Assembly: GCA_938075585.1 (NCBI GenBank)
Contig: CALJHG010000012.1
Coordinates: 12,673 to 76,672, forward strand
Length of the DNA: 64,000 nucleotides
Source: an uncultured Gammaproteobacteria bacterium
Lineage (GTDB): Bacteria > Pseudomonadota > Gammaproteobacteria > Ga0077536
Direction: 5' to 3'
Below, one piece after another: positions 29,920 to 39,234 of this stretch. The notes under the pieces are model-generated. The model saw only the letters and a program-made list of their open reading frames with translations, was not told the origin of the DNA and made no database searches. Position numbers and translations under genes: made by a program. Within the stretch, counting starts at the first letter, position 1, and every line of letters begins with the position of its first letter.

Positions 29920-32530
29920 AATTTGTTGTCCTGGGTCGCATAAAATATTCTAATAGATGGGGTAGAAGAATTAAGGAACAGATTAAATTAATAATCAGAC
30001 CAATTGATAGCAGTACCCCCATACTAGCCGTCCCAGCATGTGGGGAAAACGCTAGATTACCGAAGCTCGCTCCTGTTGTCAGCGCACTCAAAAAAACAGC
30101 TTTAGCCGTGCCCGTTCTAAGAAAGTGTTCATCTTTTTGTTGCATACGCTTGTATCGATAAAGCACATGAAGCGTGCTGTCTACACTTATCCCGACTAGG
30201 AGAGGTAGTGCAATAATGTTCGCAAAATTGAACGATATGTCTAGTGCGACTAGAATCGCAACCGTGAAAACACATCCGATGACTAAAGGAGTCATAACGA
30301 CTAACAGCTGTTTAAGATGTCTAGTTGATAGCCAAACTACAGCCGTTACAACGGCTATCGCGAATAAGAATGCCTGCGTAAACGAGGTTATCACTGCCTG
30401 GCTAGCCTCAGCATTTATGATCGGGACACCTGTCGCGTTTTGTCCGACGATTTCGCGAACCTTATTTATAAAGAGCACTATTTTTTCATTGGTATCTAAA
30501 ATATTTTTCGGAATGATTTCGAGGCGATAACTACCGTCATTGCTTACCCAGCGTTCCTTCAATGTTTTAGGTAAAGATTGTAGGCTGATTTTCTCGGCTT
30601 CGGTCCCAGCATTAATCTGTGAAATCAGTGTGGGGAAATGACGCATAATATGTGAGTCTAATTGGCGGTAGAATTTTCTTTTCTCGTGATCATCAAGATT
30701 CATATTCGCTTGTTTTAACCTATTAAGCGTTTTAGAAAACGCAAGCGTCTGAAATGTTGGATTATCGATATCTTTAATTGTGTCCAAATTCCTACTGATA
30801 TTTTTCTCTAAAAGGAGAGGGTCATTGTCGGGTGAGCCGATTTCGATATCACCGCCCAGTGACCACATCATATTTTCGATGATTTTTAATTTTTCATCTT
30901 GGTCATTCGGGATAAAATTTTGCAGTGTTCTGACTTCTTTAACCTCAGGTAACATCATCAACTCGGATGCCAGACTATGAGATTCTTGCTCGTTTTTAGC
31001 TATAAAATTAATTGAGTCTATAGCCACTATCCCGTCCAAAGAAAGGTCATTGAGTGTTGTAACCGACTCAGCTTCCGGATTGTTTAAATGGATTGGGTTT
31101 ATATCAAATTCAGCTTGCTTTGCTATATTCAGTCCCCCAAGGAAAATTAAAGCTGAGACAATCAAAAATGATTTTCTTGAGAGAGCGAGTAGGGGTTTAT
31201 TCTTTTTGTGGGTATTTTTTCGATATTTATGTAATGGTACTTTCGGAAAAATTGAGATCATTGCGGGTAAAATAGTAAAGCTGGATAAAAGTCCAACGAT
31301 CATTCCGGCGCCCGCGATTAACCCTAACTCTGCAACGCCTTTGTAAGTCGTCGGAATAAAGGCTAAAAATCCTATGCTTGTCGTAAATGCGCAAAGAGAT
31401 AATGGTGCAATATTGTGCGCCGTTGCTCTATCAAGTGCTTTCGCTTGGGGTTTTTTGATACTTTCTTCCACATATGTGGAGTAAAAATGGATTGCGAAGT
31501 CCGCAGCCAGTCCCACGTAGAGCACTGAGAAAGCGATGGAAATCATATTAAAACTTCCTATCGCTATTGCTGCGAAAGCAGAGGTATAAGTTAGGCCAAG
31601 GATAACTACAAACATTATTGAAAAAACTGCTGACGGCGATTTAAGTCCGATACTTAAAACCAGTAATATGGCAGTCAATGCTAAAATTCCTGCTTGGCCC
31701 GCACCCTGTATCACACTGTTTAATTCGTCATACCCAAGTGCTGCTTGGCCCGTTAGTCGCACATTAACGTTAGGCCATTTCTCAGCAGAGATGGAATCAG
31801 AGATGCCCCTTATACGATCGATTAACTTTGACCCAGGTAGCAATTCGTCAAACTTAAGGTCTGGTTGGATCGTAAACAGTACCCGATGATCATGCAGAAC
31901 ATCACGCTCACTATTTAACAAGCTCTGCCAAGACATCGGAGTATTAGCTCCAGACATGAAAGAATCCAAAGAATTAGTTAAAGAATCTACGAATGACCTA
32001 CTTCCTTCAATATTTTGGTTGGTATTCTTGTTATGGATTAAATTAGTAATATCCAACAAACCTAAAACACTAGGATCTTGAGCAAGCATTCCAAGCAGAG
32101 CTTGAGATTGAGTAAGAGTGTCTGCTACAGCTACTAATTTATCTGGGGCTAGGTAGAGGAATTTATTTTGTCGAAAAAAATCTTCTGATTCAGGAAAGAA
32201 AATGTTCTCTGGATTGACGCCGAAGTTGACGATTTCTTTCCGAAAATAGGAGCTTGCTTCGAGGGTTAACTCGGCGGTTGGTCCTTCAACAACTACAATG
32301 ATCGTGTCTGAAAAAAACGGAAATTTTTCTTTGTAGTTACTGTGAGCGATACGCCAATCAAGTTGGTCTGAAAGCATATTTTCTGTATTGGTATCAATTC
32401 GAGCATACTGGATCGTTATCCATGTACTTAATACAGAAGCAAGGATTGCTGTAACGACGACCAGGTATTTTTTACTGATACTAAATTGCACCAGACCAGA
32501 GAGACATTGATTGACGCAGTTTGAAATCAC
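29909..32530 (-). CDS. hpnN: RND/MMPL-type hopanoid transporter (HpnN)
   Basis: 873 aa with two 6-TM bundles and two large periplasmic loops (MMPL/RND architecture), flanked by hpnG and hpnA. Confidence 0.8.
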   Translation of the reverse strand: MISNCVNQCLSGLVQFSISKKYLVVVTAILASVLSTWITIQYARIDTNTENMLSDQLDWRIAHSNYKEKFPFFSDTIIVVVEGPTAELTLEASSYFRKEIVNFGVNPENIFFPESEDFFRQNKFLYLAPDKLVAVADTLTQSQALLGMLAQDPSVLGLLDITNLIHNKNTNQNIEGSRSFVDSLTNSLDSFMSGANTPMSWQSLLNSERDVLHDHRVLFTIQPDLKFDELLPGSKLIDRIRGISDSISAEKWPNVNVRLTGQAALGYDELNSVIQGAGQAGILALTAILLVLSIGLKSPSAVFSIMFVVILGLTYTSAFAAIAIGSFNMISIAFSVLYVGLAADFAIHFYSTYVEESIKKPQAKALDRATAHNIAPLSLCAFTTSIGFLAFIPTTYKGVAELGLIAGAGMIVGLLSSFTILPAMISIFPKVPLHKYRKNTHKKNKPLLALSRKSFLIVSALIFLGGLNIAKQAEFDINPIHLNNPEAESVTTLNDLSLDGIVAIDSINFIAKNEQESHSLASELMMLPEVKEVRTLQNFIPNDQDEKLKIIENMMWSLGGDIEIGSPDNDPLLLEKNISRNLDTIKDIDNPTFQTLAFSKTLNRLKQANMNLDDHEKRKFYRQLDSHIMRHFPTLISQINAGTEAEKISLQSLPKTLKERWVSNDGSYRLEIIPKNILDTNEKIVLFINKVREIVGQNATGVPIINAEASQAVITSFTQAFLFAIAVVTAVVWLSTRHLKQLLVVMTPLVIGCVFTVAILVALDISFNFANIIALPLLVGISVDSTLHVLYRYKRMQQKDEHFLRTGTAKAVFLSALTTGASFGNLAFSPHAGTASMGVLLSIGLIINLICSLILLPHLLEYFMRPRTTNYEK

Positions 32531-32539
32531 GCTTTTCGC

Positions 32540-33217
32540 CTATTTAATAAGCAAATCAGCACTGGAGCTGAGTGTTTTTAATGCTTTACGAAAATGAAAC
32601 GATAGTTCGATTAGACTTTTTAGTTCCTTTGGTCTGTACGCTAACTGTTTTAGTACTTTGAACATTACTTGATTCCCTTGAGAGTCCATGCCGGCAAGCG
32701 CTGAAGATGGTATTTCAAAATTTCCGCTATCAACGATAGCTCTTATGGACAGAAAGCCGCAGCTGTTTTTTTTGGCTATTTTTGCTATAGCAATAGATTC
32801 CATGTCTACTGCATCGGCACTACTGGCATCGTGTAATTTTGATTTTTCTGCCGGTGAAATTATCGGTTTTTCGCTAGAGGTAATTCGGCCCAGAATTGGA
32901 TTTAGCGGGTTTAGCTCATCAATAACTCGTTTTCCAAGATCACTAGTAAAATCCAGTGTTTGGTCAGAAATAGTTTCGACCTGCTGACTTATCAATAGCC
33001 TTCCTGGTTGTAGTGACTGATTTAGTCCTCCACCGACGCCCCAACTTATGAAAAAATCATGTCCCTCCGATAAAAGTTGCTTGGCGGCTTTTTCAGCATA
33101 TTTCAAGCCTGGACTCGCCATACGCACAGTAAACGGAATTTCTCCTAACAATTGGCCAATTTTATTTTCCAGAGCTTTCGCTTCAGAGGCCATAGCCACA
33201 ATGATTCCAATTTTCAT
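32540..33217 (-). CDS. hpnG: hopanoid-associated nucleoside phosphorylase (HpnG)
   Basis: PNP_UDP_1-type N-terminus MKIGIIVAMASEAKAL and DMES. Start taken at ATG 33217; the track's TTG 33226 would overlap sqs by 4 nt. Confidence 0.8.
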   Translation of the reverse strand: MKIGIIVAMASEAKALENKIGQLLGEIPFTVRMASPGLKYAEKAAKQLLSEGHDFFISWGVGGGLNQSLQPGRLLISQQVETISDQTLDFTSDLGKRVIDELNPLNPILGRITSSEKPIISPAEKSKLHDASSADAVDMESIAIAKIAKKNSCGFLSIRAIVDSGNFEIPSSALAGMDSQGNQVMFKVLKQLAYRPKELKSLIELSFHFRKALKTLSSSADLLIK

Positions 33218-33222
33218 TGTGC

Positions 33223-34302
33223 TCAAGTATCTTGTGAGTCTACAAGGTCGCTAATACTTCTAATTGGGACAGTCACCGGAGTGACGCGCAAACTTTTAGT
33301 TCCCAGTTTGAATAAAATATTTAAGTACTGGTTCGAGCGAGATAGAAAGCTCGTAGCTCCAATTGTCGCTGTGACCCAACGTCTCGAAATTTTTACCTCT
33401 GAGCCACTTTTAAAAGACGGATTCTTATTTATTTTTACAAGAGTGAGTATCGCCATTCCAAGTGCCCATAAACAAAATCGTCTTATCCCAGGTTGATTGC
33501 GCGGTAGCATTAGAGTGAATTTTAGAGCATTTTTCAAATGGCCGGCGGCTAGAGCGACTAGATCTTGTAATCCTAACTCGAATTGAGTCCCTTCTTCTCC
33601 TGGGATGACTTTACTTAATTCAACATTGTAGTTTAGAAAGGTTTGTTGTGGGAGCCAGCAAACCCCCCGTTCCTTGTCGGTCCAAATATCCTTTAGGATA
33701 TTCGTCATCTGTAAGCCTTGCCCAAAAGAGACCGAAAGTTGGAGGAGGTAATTTTTTTTATCAGATAGCTCTGGGCAATAATCACAAAAAATGTGAGTTA
33801 ACATTTCACCAACAACACCCGCTACGAAATAGCAATATTGGTCCATCTCATCTTGGTCGAGAAGTCCTTCTGAGGACTCGTGACCCTGGTACATCATCAT
33901 GCCTTTTGCCATTTTAGTCACACACTTGATGATAGCGTCTTTCTGTTCAGGCTTAAGGTCGTGAGTAATTCTCGTGACCTTGTCAGTTGACTCGATAAGC
34001 TTGAGTTCATCTCGGGGTGTATCCACTGACAAGTTCTTTACTAAGGCTTCCGAAAAAAGCTGTGCGTCACCATCACTTGCTATTACCCGCACAAATTGAC
34101 GTGACAGGTCGGACTTTATTTCTAGCGATAAGTCGGGGTCATCCTCGATCGTATCTTGTATGCGGCAAAGTAGATATGCGTTACCGACAGCACGCTCTAA
34201 TATTGGTGGTAGTTGTGGAATAGTGAGGGCGAAAGTTCTCGAGACACCAAATAGAATGTCCTTTTGAAAGTACTCATCTTCTAGAGTTGGTGCGTTGACC
34301 AT
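33223..34302 (-). CDS. sqs: squalene synthase (farnesyl-diphosphate farnesyltransferase, single-enzyme SQS type)
   Basis: SRTFALTIPQLP..AYLLCRIQDTIEDD (first Asp-rich region) and YCYFVAGVVGEML, resembling SQS (SRSFAAVI..RALDTLEDD). 359 aa with a C-terminal hydrophobic tail. Confidence 0.8.
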   Translation of the reverse strand: MVNAPTLEDEYFQKDILFGVSRTFALTIPQLPPILERAVGNAYLLCRIQDTIEDDPDLSLEIKSDLSRQFVRVIASDGDAQLFSEALVKNLSVDTPRDELKLIESTDKVTRITHDLKPEQKDAIIKCVTKMAKGMMMYQGHESSEGLLDQDEMDQYCYFVAGVVGEMLTHIFCDYCPELSDKKNYLLQLSVSFGQGLQMTNILKDIWTDKERGVCWLPQQTFLNYNVELSKVIPGEEGTQFELGLQDLVALAAGHLKNALKFTLMLPRNQPGIRRFCLWALGMAILTLVKINKNPSFKSGSEVKISRRWVTATIGATSFLSRSNQYLNILFKLGTKSLRVTPVTVPIRSISDLVDSQDT

Positions 34303-34579
34303 TTAGACTTAATCGCCTTCGTTAAATAAAGGTCTTATTTTACACATATCAAACCTGCAATTCGCTAATAAAATAAAAATTATGTGCGAAAAATCGTTTA
34401 ATTGTGTTTTTTTGAGTGTTTAGCTTTGCCACCAATTCGCATTAACCATTCAGTCTTGTAGCTTTTTATGTTGCGGTGCAATACAATGCGTTTATCACGG
34501 TGCAATCTGCTTAAGCCAACCTTCCGTTTATCCGCTTGCCGTAGCGCGGTCCATAGAACCAAATTGAACAATCAGAAAA

Positions 34580-36475
34580 ATGCAAATATTTGACGGCGTA
34601 ATGCCACCCTTATGCGAAGCGTTATCGAAACGTGAATATTCTACCTTAACCCCTGTGCAAGAATCTGTATTGGATCCTAGTTTGTTAAATTCAGACCTAC
34701 TTGTGTCCTCCCAGACTGGCTCTGGGAAGACTGTAGCATTTGGCCTCGCGATAGCACCGACTATCTTGGGTGAAAAAGAGGTTTTTGAATTAAGTGGCCC
34801 GCCGGTTGCAATTGTTATCGCGCCGACGCGAGAATTGGCCTTACAGGTGAAAACTGAATTATCTTGGCTATATAAACTTACCAAAGCTTCTATCGTATCA
34901 TGCGTGGGGGGCATGGATATGCGCGCCGAACAAAGGGCACTTAGAGGCAATGCCCATATCGTAGTTGGTACACCCGGCCGTTTGAAAGATCACATCGAGA
35001 GAGGATCTTTGAAATTGCAGCATGTTAAGGGGGTAGTATTGGACGAAGCCGATGAAATGCTCGACATGGGTTTTCGAGATGACTTGGAATTTATTCTAGA
35101 CACTACGCCTGTCGAAAGACGGACACTCATGTTCTCGGCAACTGTACCCAAGCCAATAGTATCTCTCGCGAAGCGCTATCAACGTGATGCTGTTCGGATA
35201 AGTACCAAGGGGGAGGGTAAGCAGCATGCAGACATAGACTATTTTGCTTATTCTGTCACTGCAAAAAATAGAGAGGCTGCCATAGCAAATGTATTGCGCT
35301 ATTACGACGCTAAGAATGCGCTAGTATTTTGTGGCACCCGGGTGGCTGTCAATGATATGACGTCGCGATTCAATTCTAGGGGCTTCTCAGTGGTTGCATT
35401 ATCTGGAGAATTGAGCCAAAAGGAGCGAACGAATGCATTGCAGGCACTCCGGAATGGTAATGCTCGGATTTGCATCGCCACTGACGTCGCCGCGCGAGGT
35501 TTGGACTTGCCGAATCTAGAGCTCGTAGTGCATGCTGATATACCTCGCAGCAGTCAGATTCTACTTCACAGGAGTGGCCGCACAGGTCGTGCAGGTCGCA
35601 GAGGCGTCACAGCACTTATGGTGACAAAAAATGCTCGGAGGAGGACCGAGACACTTTTCCAGCATGCTAAAATCAAAGCAAAATGGCTTGAGCCACCTAC
35701 TCAAGAACAAATTTTATCGCGCGACAATGAACGTATTATTGATCACCAGCTTCTCTTAGAAGAGGTGCGGCAAGAAGACTTAAGTGTTGTACAACGTATA
35801 TTGGAGGCACACAGTGCCGAGAAAATAGCTGCTGCGTTTGTTCGGTCATGCCGAATCGGAGAGGTTATTCCTTCAGATAATGCTTTTGAGGAAGTTGATC
35901 AGCCTTCTCGCCACATGGGACGTGTCAGGGGTGATAACAGTAAACACATCCGTCAGGAAGGGTCATGGTTTGTTTTATCTTCTGGCCGTAAAGATGGGGT
36001 CGAAGCCCGGTGGCTTCTGCCCATGTTATGCAGGGTTGGTAAATTAAATCACGGTGAAGTTGGGAAAATCCTGATAAGCAGTGATCAAACTAGGGTTGAG
36101 ATTTCTAAAGAAGCCGAGAACCGATTTTTACAAGCGGTTGGTCCTGATTGCATGCTGGAGAAAGGTATAAAAATATCTCCCGCTAACAAGTCCGCGAGGG
36201 GACGTCCAAATTTTGAAGGATCGAGAGGCAAGAGGAGAGACAGTAAGAGGGTAGGGCGGTTAGAGGAATCCCGAGTAAATAGGCACCCAGAACGTGAAGC
36301 CAATATAGTAGAGTTGTCTGAGTATAAATCTGCAAGTTCAGACAAAATTAATTCTAAGAGCAAAAAGAAAAAATTGGCTGTAAAGCAGAAAAACTCAAAA
36401 TCGCGTGGTGCACCTAGTCATAAAAAGCCTAGAACTACTTTTGAAAAGCGTAAAAGAAATTCGCCAAAGAGATAG
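34580..36475 (+). CDS. DEAD-box ATP-dependent RNA helicase (DeaD/CsdA-like) with a basic C-terminal tail
   Basis: TPVQ, SQTGSGKT, PTRELA, VLDEADEML, SAT and HRSGRTGRAG. The C-terminal 120 aa or so are Lys/Arg rich. Confidence 0.88.
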   Translation: MQIFDGVMPPLCEALSKREYSTLTPVQESVLDPSLLNSDLLVSSQTGSGKTVAFGLAIAPTILGEKEVFELSGPPVAIVIAPTRELALQVKTELSWLYKLTKASIVSCVGGMDMRAEQRALRGNAHIVVGTPGRLKDHIERGSLKLQHVKGVVLDEADEMLDMGFRDDLEFILDTTPVERRTLMFSATVPKPIVSLAKRYQRDAVRISTKGEGKQHADIDYFAYSVTAKNREAAIANVLRYYDAKNALVFCGTRVAVNDMTSRFNSRGFSVVALSGELSQKERTNALQALRNGNARICIATDVAARGLDLPNLELVVHADIPRSSQILLHRSGRTGRAGRRGVTALMVTKNARRRTETLFQHAKIKAKWLEPPTQEQILSRDNERIIDHQLLLEEVRQEDLSVVQRILEAHSAEKIAAAFVRSCRIGEVIPSDNAFEEVDQPSRHMGRVRGDNSKHIRQEGSWFVLSSGRKDGVEARWLLPMLCRVGKLNHGEVGKILISSDQTRVEISKEAENRFLQAVGPDCMLEKGIKISPANKSARGRPNFEGSRGKRRDSKRVGRLEESRVNRHPEREANIVELSEYKSASSDKINSKSKKKKLAVKQKNSKSRGAPSHKKPRTTFEKRKRNSPKR

Positions 36476-36620
36476 CGATTTGGTCTTTTGGCAGACTCTC
36501 ACAAGATAGAAATTTAGCTCACTCTTAAGACACGTTAAGTGAGTGAAACATATCGATCCAAATGGTGCTATCCGGCGTAAAGAAGTGTATGTTTAAAACA
36601 AACACAAGAAGGTTGAACTT

Positions 36621-37067
36621 ATGAGAATACTGACTATCTTTCTAACTGTCTTTTTTAGTTATGTCCCTCAATCATGGGCTGAAAACTGTGCTGTCGAGAT
36701 AAGTGGATCCGACTCCATGATGTTTGATGCGAAGGAAATTAGTGTGGGTAGTGCGTGCACTGATTTCACACTTACTTTGACCCATACGGGGGGACTTCCA
36801 GCAAACATCATGGGACATAATGTCGTTATAGTGAAAGAGGCTGATTTTAAGGGTGTAGTGGGGGCGATAAACATGAGTCATGGCGCCGCCGAGGGTTATC
36901 TGTCGCCGCAGTCACCCGTACTTGCGAAGACTGCCTTGATTGGTGGTGGCGAAACTACCAAAGTCACGGTTGATGCAAGTGTTTTCGAAAAAGGAGAATC
37001 GTATACATTTTTTTGCAGTTTCCCTGGGCATTACACAATGATGAAGGGCTCATTTTCTATTAATTAG
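36621..37067 (+). CDS. azu: azurin (blue copper protein)
   Basis: Signal peptide, then copper ligands in the azurin arrangement: GHNVVI and FFCSFPGHYTMMKG (Cys, His, Met). Confidence 0.9.
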   Translation: MRILTIFLTVFFSYVPQSWAENCAVEISGSDSMMFDAKEISVGSACTDFTLTLTHTGGLPANIMGHNVVIVKEADFKGVVGAINMSHGAAEGYLSPQSPVLAKTALIGGGETTKVTVDASVFEKGESYTFFCSFPGHYTMMKGSFSIN

Positions 37068-37242
37068 GCAAACATTTTTGTGATCTCTGCTGCAGAGTTG
37101 CGATGTCTTTAAAACAACTAATTATGGTTTTTATATTTTTTGGGGACTACCGATTGTCGGTCCGAGATTTGTAATTCAGCTAGCTGTTCTGACTGAAACC
37201 GTGTAAGATGATTGGTGGTATAAATCGGGAGAAATTACTGCG

Positions 37243-38145
37243 ATGTTTAAACTTACGATGGCGTCAGTCGGGTTTTTTGTTTTAGTGGGTACGGGTGTGA
37301 GTGCCGAAACCGAGACGGCATGTGAGAGGGTAGATGGAGCCATAAAAATTTATGAAATTGGCGAAAATCCGGTTAAAGATACTGAAGGCAATGCTGGAGA
37401 TGCATGTAAAGAGCTCCCGGACAATTATAAGATAAATATTTTTCGTTTTGGCCTGTGTACGGCCTCTCCCTACAATGCTACTAACAATCTCGATAGCTGC
37501 TCTTTTCTTGTTAATTCCGATACAGGTGTATCGCATGAAATTGCTTATCCGGCCAAGGCGGACGTAACCACGAATAGTAAGATGGCAATAGGTTCTTACG
37601 ACCACATGGTGTTGGTCTTGGAAAATAAACTGGGCATTAAACATACCGAGGAGTTTGATACTGCAATTTATGGGGCTACTGGTTCCGGAAAGAAATGCTG
37701 GACCATCGATAGCACAACCGCTTACGCGGGGCAGAGATCAGGAGTTTTACAAGCTAGCCCTAGTACTCCAGCGATGGATTGTGGTGACACCCCGGCGCCC
37801 GCATATTCGTATGAGATCTTTGACTCTATGGGCGAAGGTGGAGATAGTCCAGTTTTCAAAGCGGAAGATGGTGGCGGCTTTGAGGTAGCAGGTGGTACCA
37901 TGCGCGCTAAGCTACTTAAATCTAACTTAACTACGGCTACCAATTTTGAGGATGCTGATCGCATGTTGGTCGCCATGCAGCTAAAAAGTTCCAAAACTAT
38001 TAGTGAATCTACCACCGGATTTGAAATCAGGTTTAAGATGACTGATTCTGTTAGCGTTGACTTGGCTTATGATGAAGGGGCAGACCGACTTTATGCTGTA
38101 AAAAATGGTGCTGATCCGTTCCAAATAGATCTTATCGTGAAGTAA
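37243..38145 (+). CDS. hypothetical secreted protein
   Basis: Signal peptide (..LVGTGVSAETE), 300 aa, six cysteines in the mature part. I recognise no family. Confidence 0.5.
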   Translation: MFKLTMASVGFFVLVGTGVSAETETACERVDGAIKIYEIGENPVKDTEGNAGDACKELPDNYKINIFRFGLCTASPYNATNNLDSCSFLVNSDTGVSHEIAYPAKADVTTNSKMAIGSYDHMVLVLENKLGIKHTEEFDTAIYGATGSGKKCWTIDSTTAYAGQRSGVLQASPSTPAMDCGDTPAPAYSYEIFDSMGEGGDSPVFKAEDGGGFEVAGGTMRAKLLKSNLTTATNFEDADRMLVAMQLKSSKTISESTTGFEIRFKMTDSVSVDLAYDEGADRLYAVKNGADPFQIDLIVK

Positions 38146-38175
38146 ATAATATAGTTTTTTGGCTTTGTCTGGCCG

Positions 38176-39234
38176 ATGAAGTTAGAAACTTTATTACCTT
38201 TAGGCAAAGTTGACCCCGGTCTTCGAGAGCCTGAAGTTGCGTTCGATCTGCAAACTATTAGCGGTGAAGCACTGAAAGTAGAATCGCTTGGTTATGACAA
38301 CGTCATGTTTGAAGAGACGAAACACGATCCTTACATTGCAATGGCACTAGCTGCGAATGCTACTCAGACCGTTGGGATAGGTACTGCGGTAGCTATCGCG
38401 TTTCCTAGAAGCCCAGCAGTGACCGCAATGAGTGCGTGGACAATTCAAGCATTGTCGGGCGGACGTTTTACGTTAGGCCTCGGTACTCAGGTTCGCGCTC
38501 ATATCGAGCGTCGCTTTGGGCTTAAATGGTCCGCGGCAGGCCCCTGGATCCGTGAATATGTTCTTGCGCTTAGGGAGATCTGGCGGGCCTGGCAGTGCTC
38601 TGAGCAACCTAATTTCTCAGGGGAGCATTATAATATTAACCTTTCTGTACCACTGTTTGATCCAGGGCCGATAGAATTTCCTGATATCCCGATACATCTT
38701 GCTGCTGTTAAACCTTTCATGTGCCAGGTTGCGGGAGAAGTAGCGGATGGTCTAAGACCACACCCAGTTTGTACTGCAGACTATATTCAGAAGGTGATGT
38801 GGCCTGCTGTTAGAAAGGGTGTAACACTTGGAAATCGGATTGATAAAGAGTTTTCGATGAGTATTAAGCCACTTATCGCTACTGCACGAGATGAGGAGCA
38901 GTTGCAGCAGAAAATTCGCGACATTAGAGCAAGAGTTGCATTTTATGCTTCAACTCCCGCGTATCGTAACGCTTTCGCTCATCATGGGTTAGGTGACTTA
39001 GCGGATAAGCTAAAGTTATTGTCGCGAGCGCAGAAGTGGGAAGAGATGCCTAAATTTATTTCTGACGAGATATTAAATCAGTATGCTTGTGTAGGAACTT
39101 ACGATGAGATTACGGATATACTGGCAGACCGTTATAAGGATGTAGTCACTCACTGTGAATTTAGCATTCCGGTTTCGACTCCTGAAGACCACAGTATTTT
39201 AAAAAAAATGATTGCTGTTCTGCGAAACGATTAG
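38176..39234 (+). CDS. luciferase-like (LLM class) oxidoreductase, F420-dependent-like subgroup
   Basis: LLM fold features (GIGTAVAIAFPRSP, GRFTLGLGTQVR). 352 aa. The cofactor cannot be decided from sequence alone. Confidence 0.6.
   Translation: MKLETLLPLGKVDPGLREPEVAFDLQTISGEALKVESLGYDNVMFEETKHDPYIAMALAANATQTVGIGTAVAIAFPRSPAVTAMSAWTIQALSGGRFTLGLGTQVRAHIERRFGLKWSAAGPWIREYVLALREIWRAWQCSEQPNFSGEHYNINLSVPLFDPGPIEFPDIPIHLAAVKPFMCQVAGEVADGLRPHPVCTADYIQKVMWPAVRKGVTLGNRIDKEFSMSIKPLIATARDEEQLQQKIRDIRARVAFYASTPAYRNAFAHHGLGDLADKLKLLSRAQKWEEMPKFISDEILNQYACVGTYDEITDILADRYKDVVTHCEFSIPVSTPEDHSILKKMIAVLRND

Noticed and set aside
34471-34506. TTGCGGTGCAAT (34471-34482) in the helicase 5' leader is the exact reverse complement of ATTGCACCGCAA at 59329-59340, upstream of yqjG. 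A second CGGTGCAAT lies at 34498-34506.
   Set aside because: By my rough estimate, a single 12-nt match in either orientation among about 6 kb of intergenic DNA is expected on the order of once by chance. The two downstream genes have no obvious functional link. The local CGGTGCAAT duplication may matter for the long helicase leader, but I cannot support a call.
38176-39234. Calling the LLM oxidoreductase F420-dependent, which would be unusual for a gammaproteobacterium
   Set aside because: The resemblance to the F420-dependent subgroup is from memory of overall sequence style only. FMN versus F420 usage cannot be decided from the sequence by eye, and no F420 biosynthesis genes are in the window.
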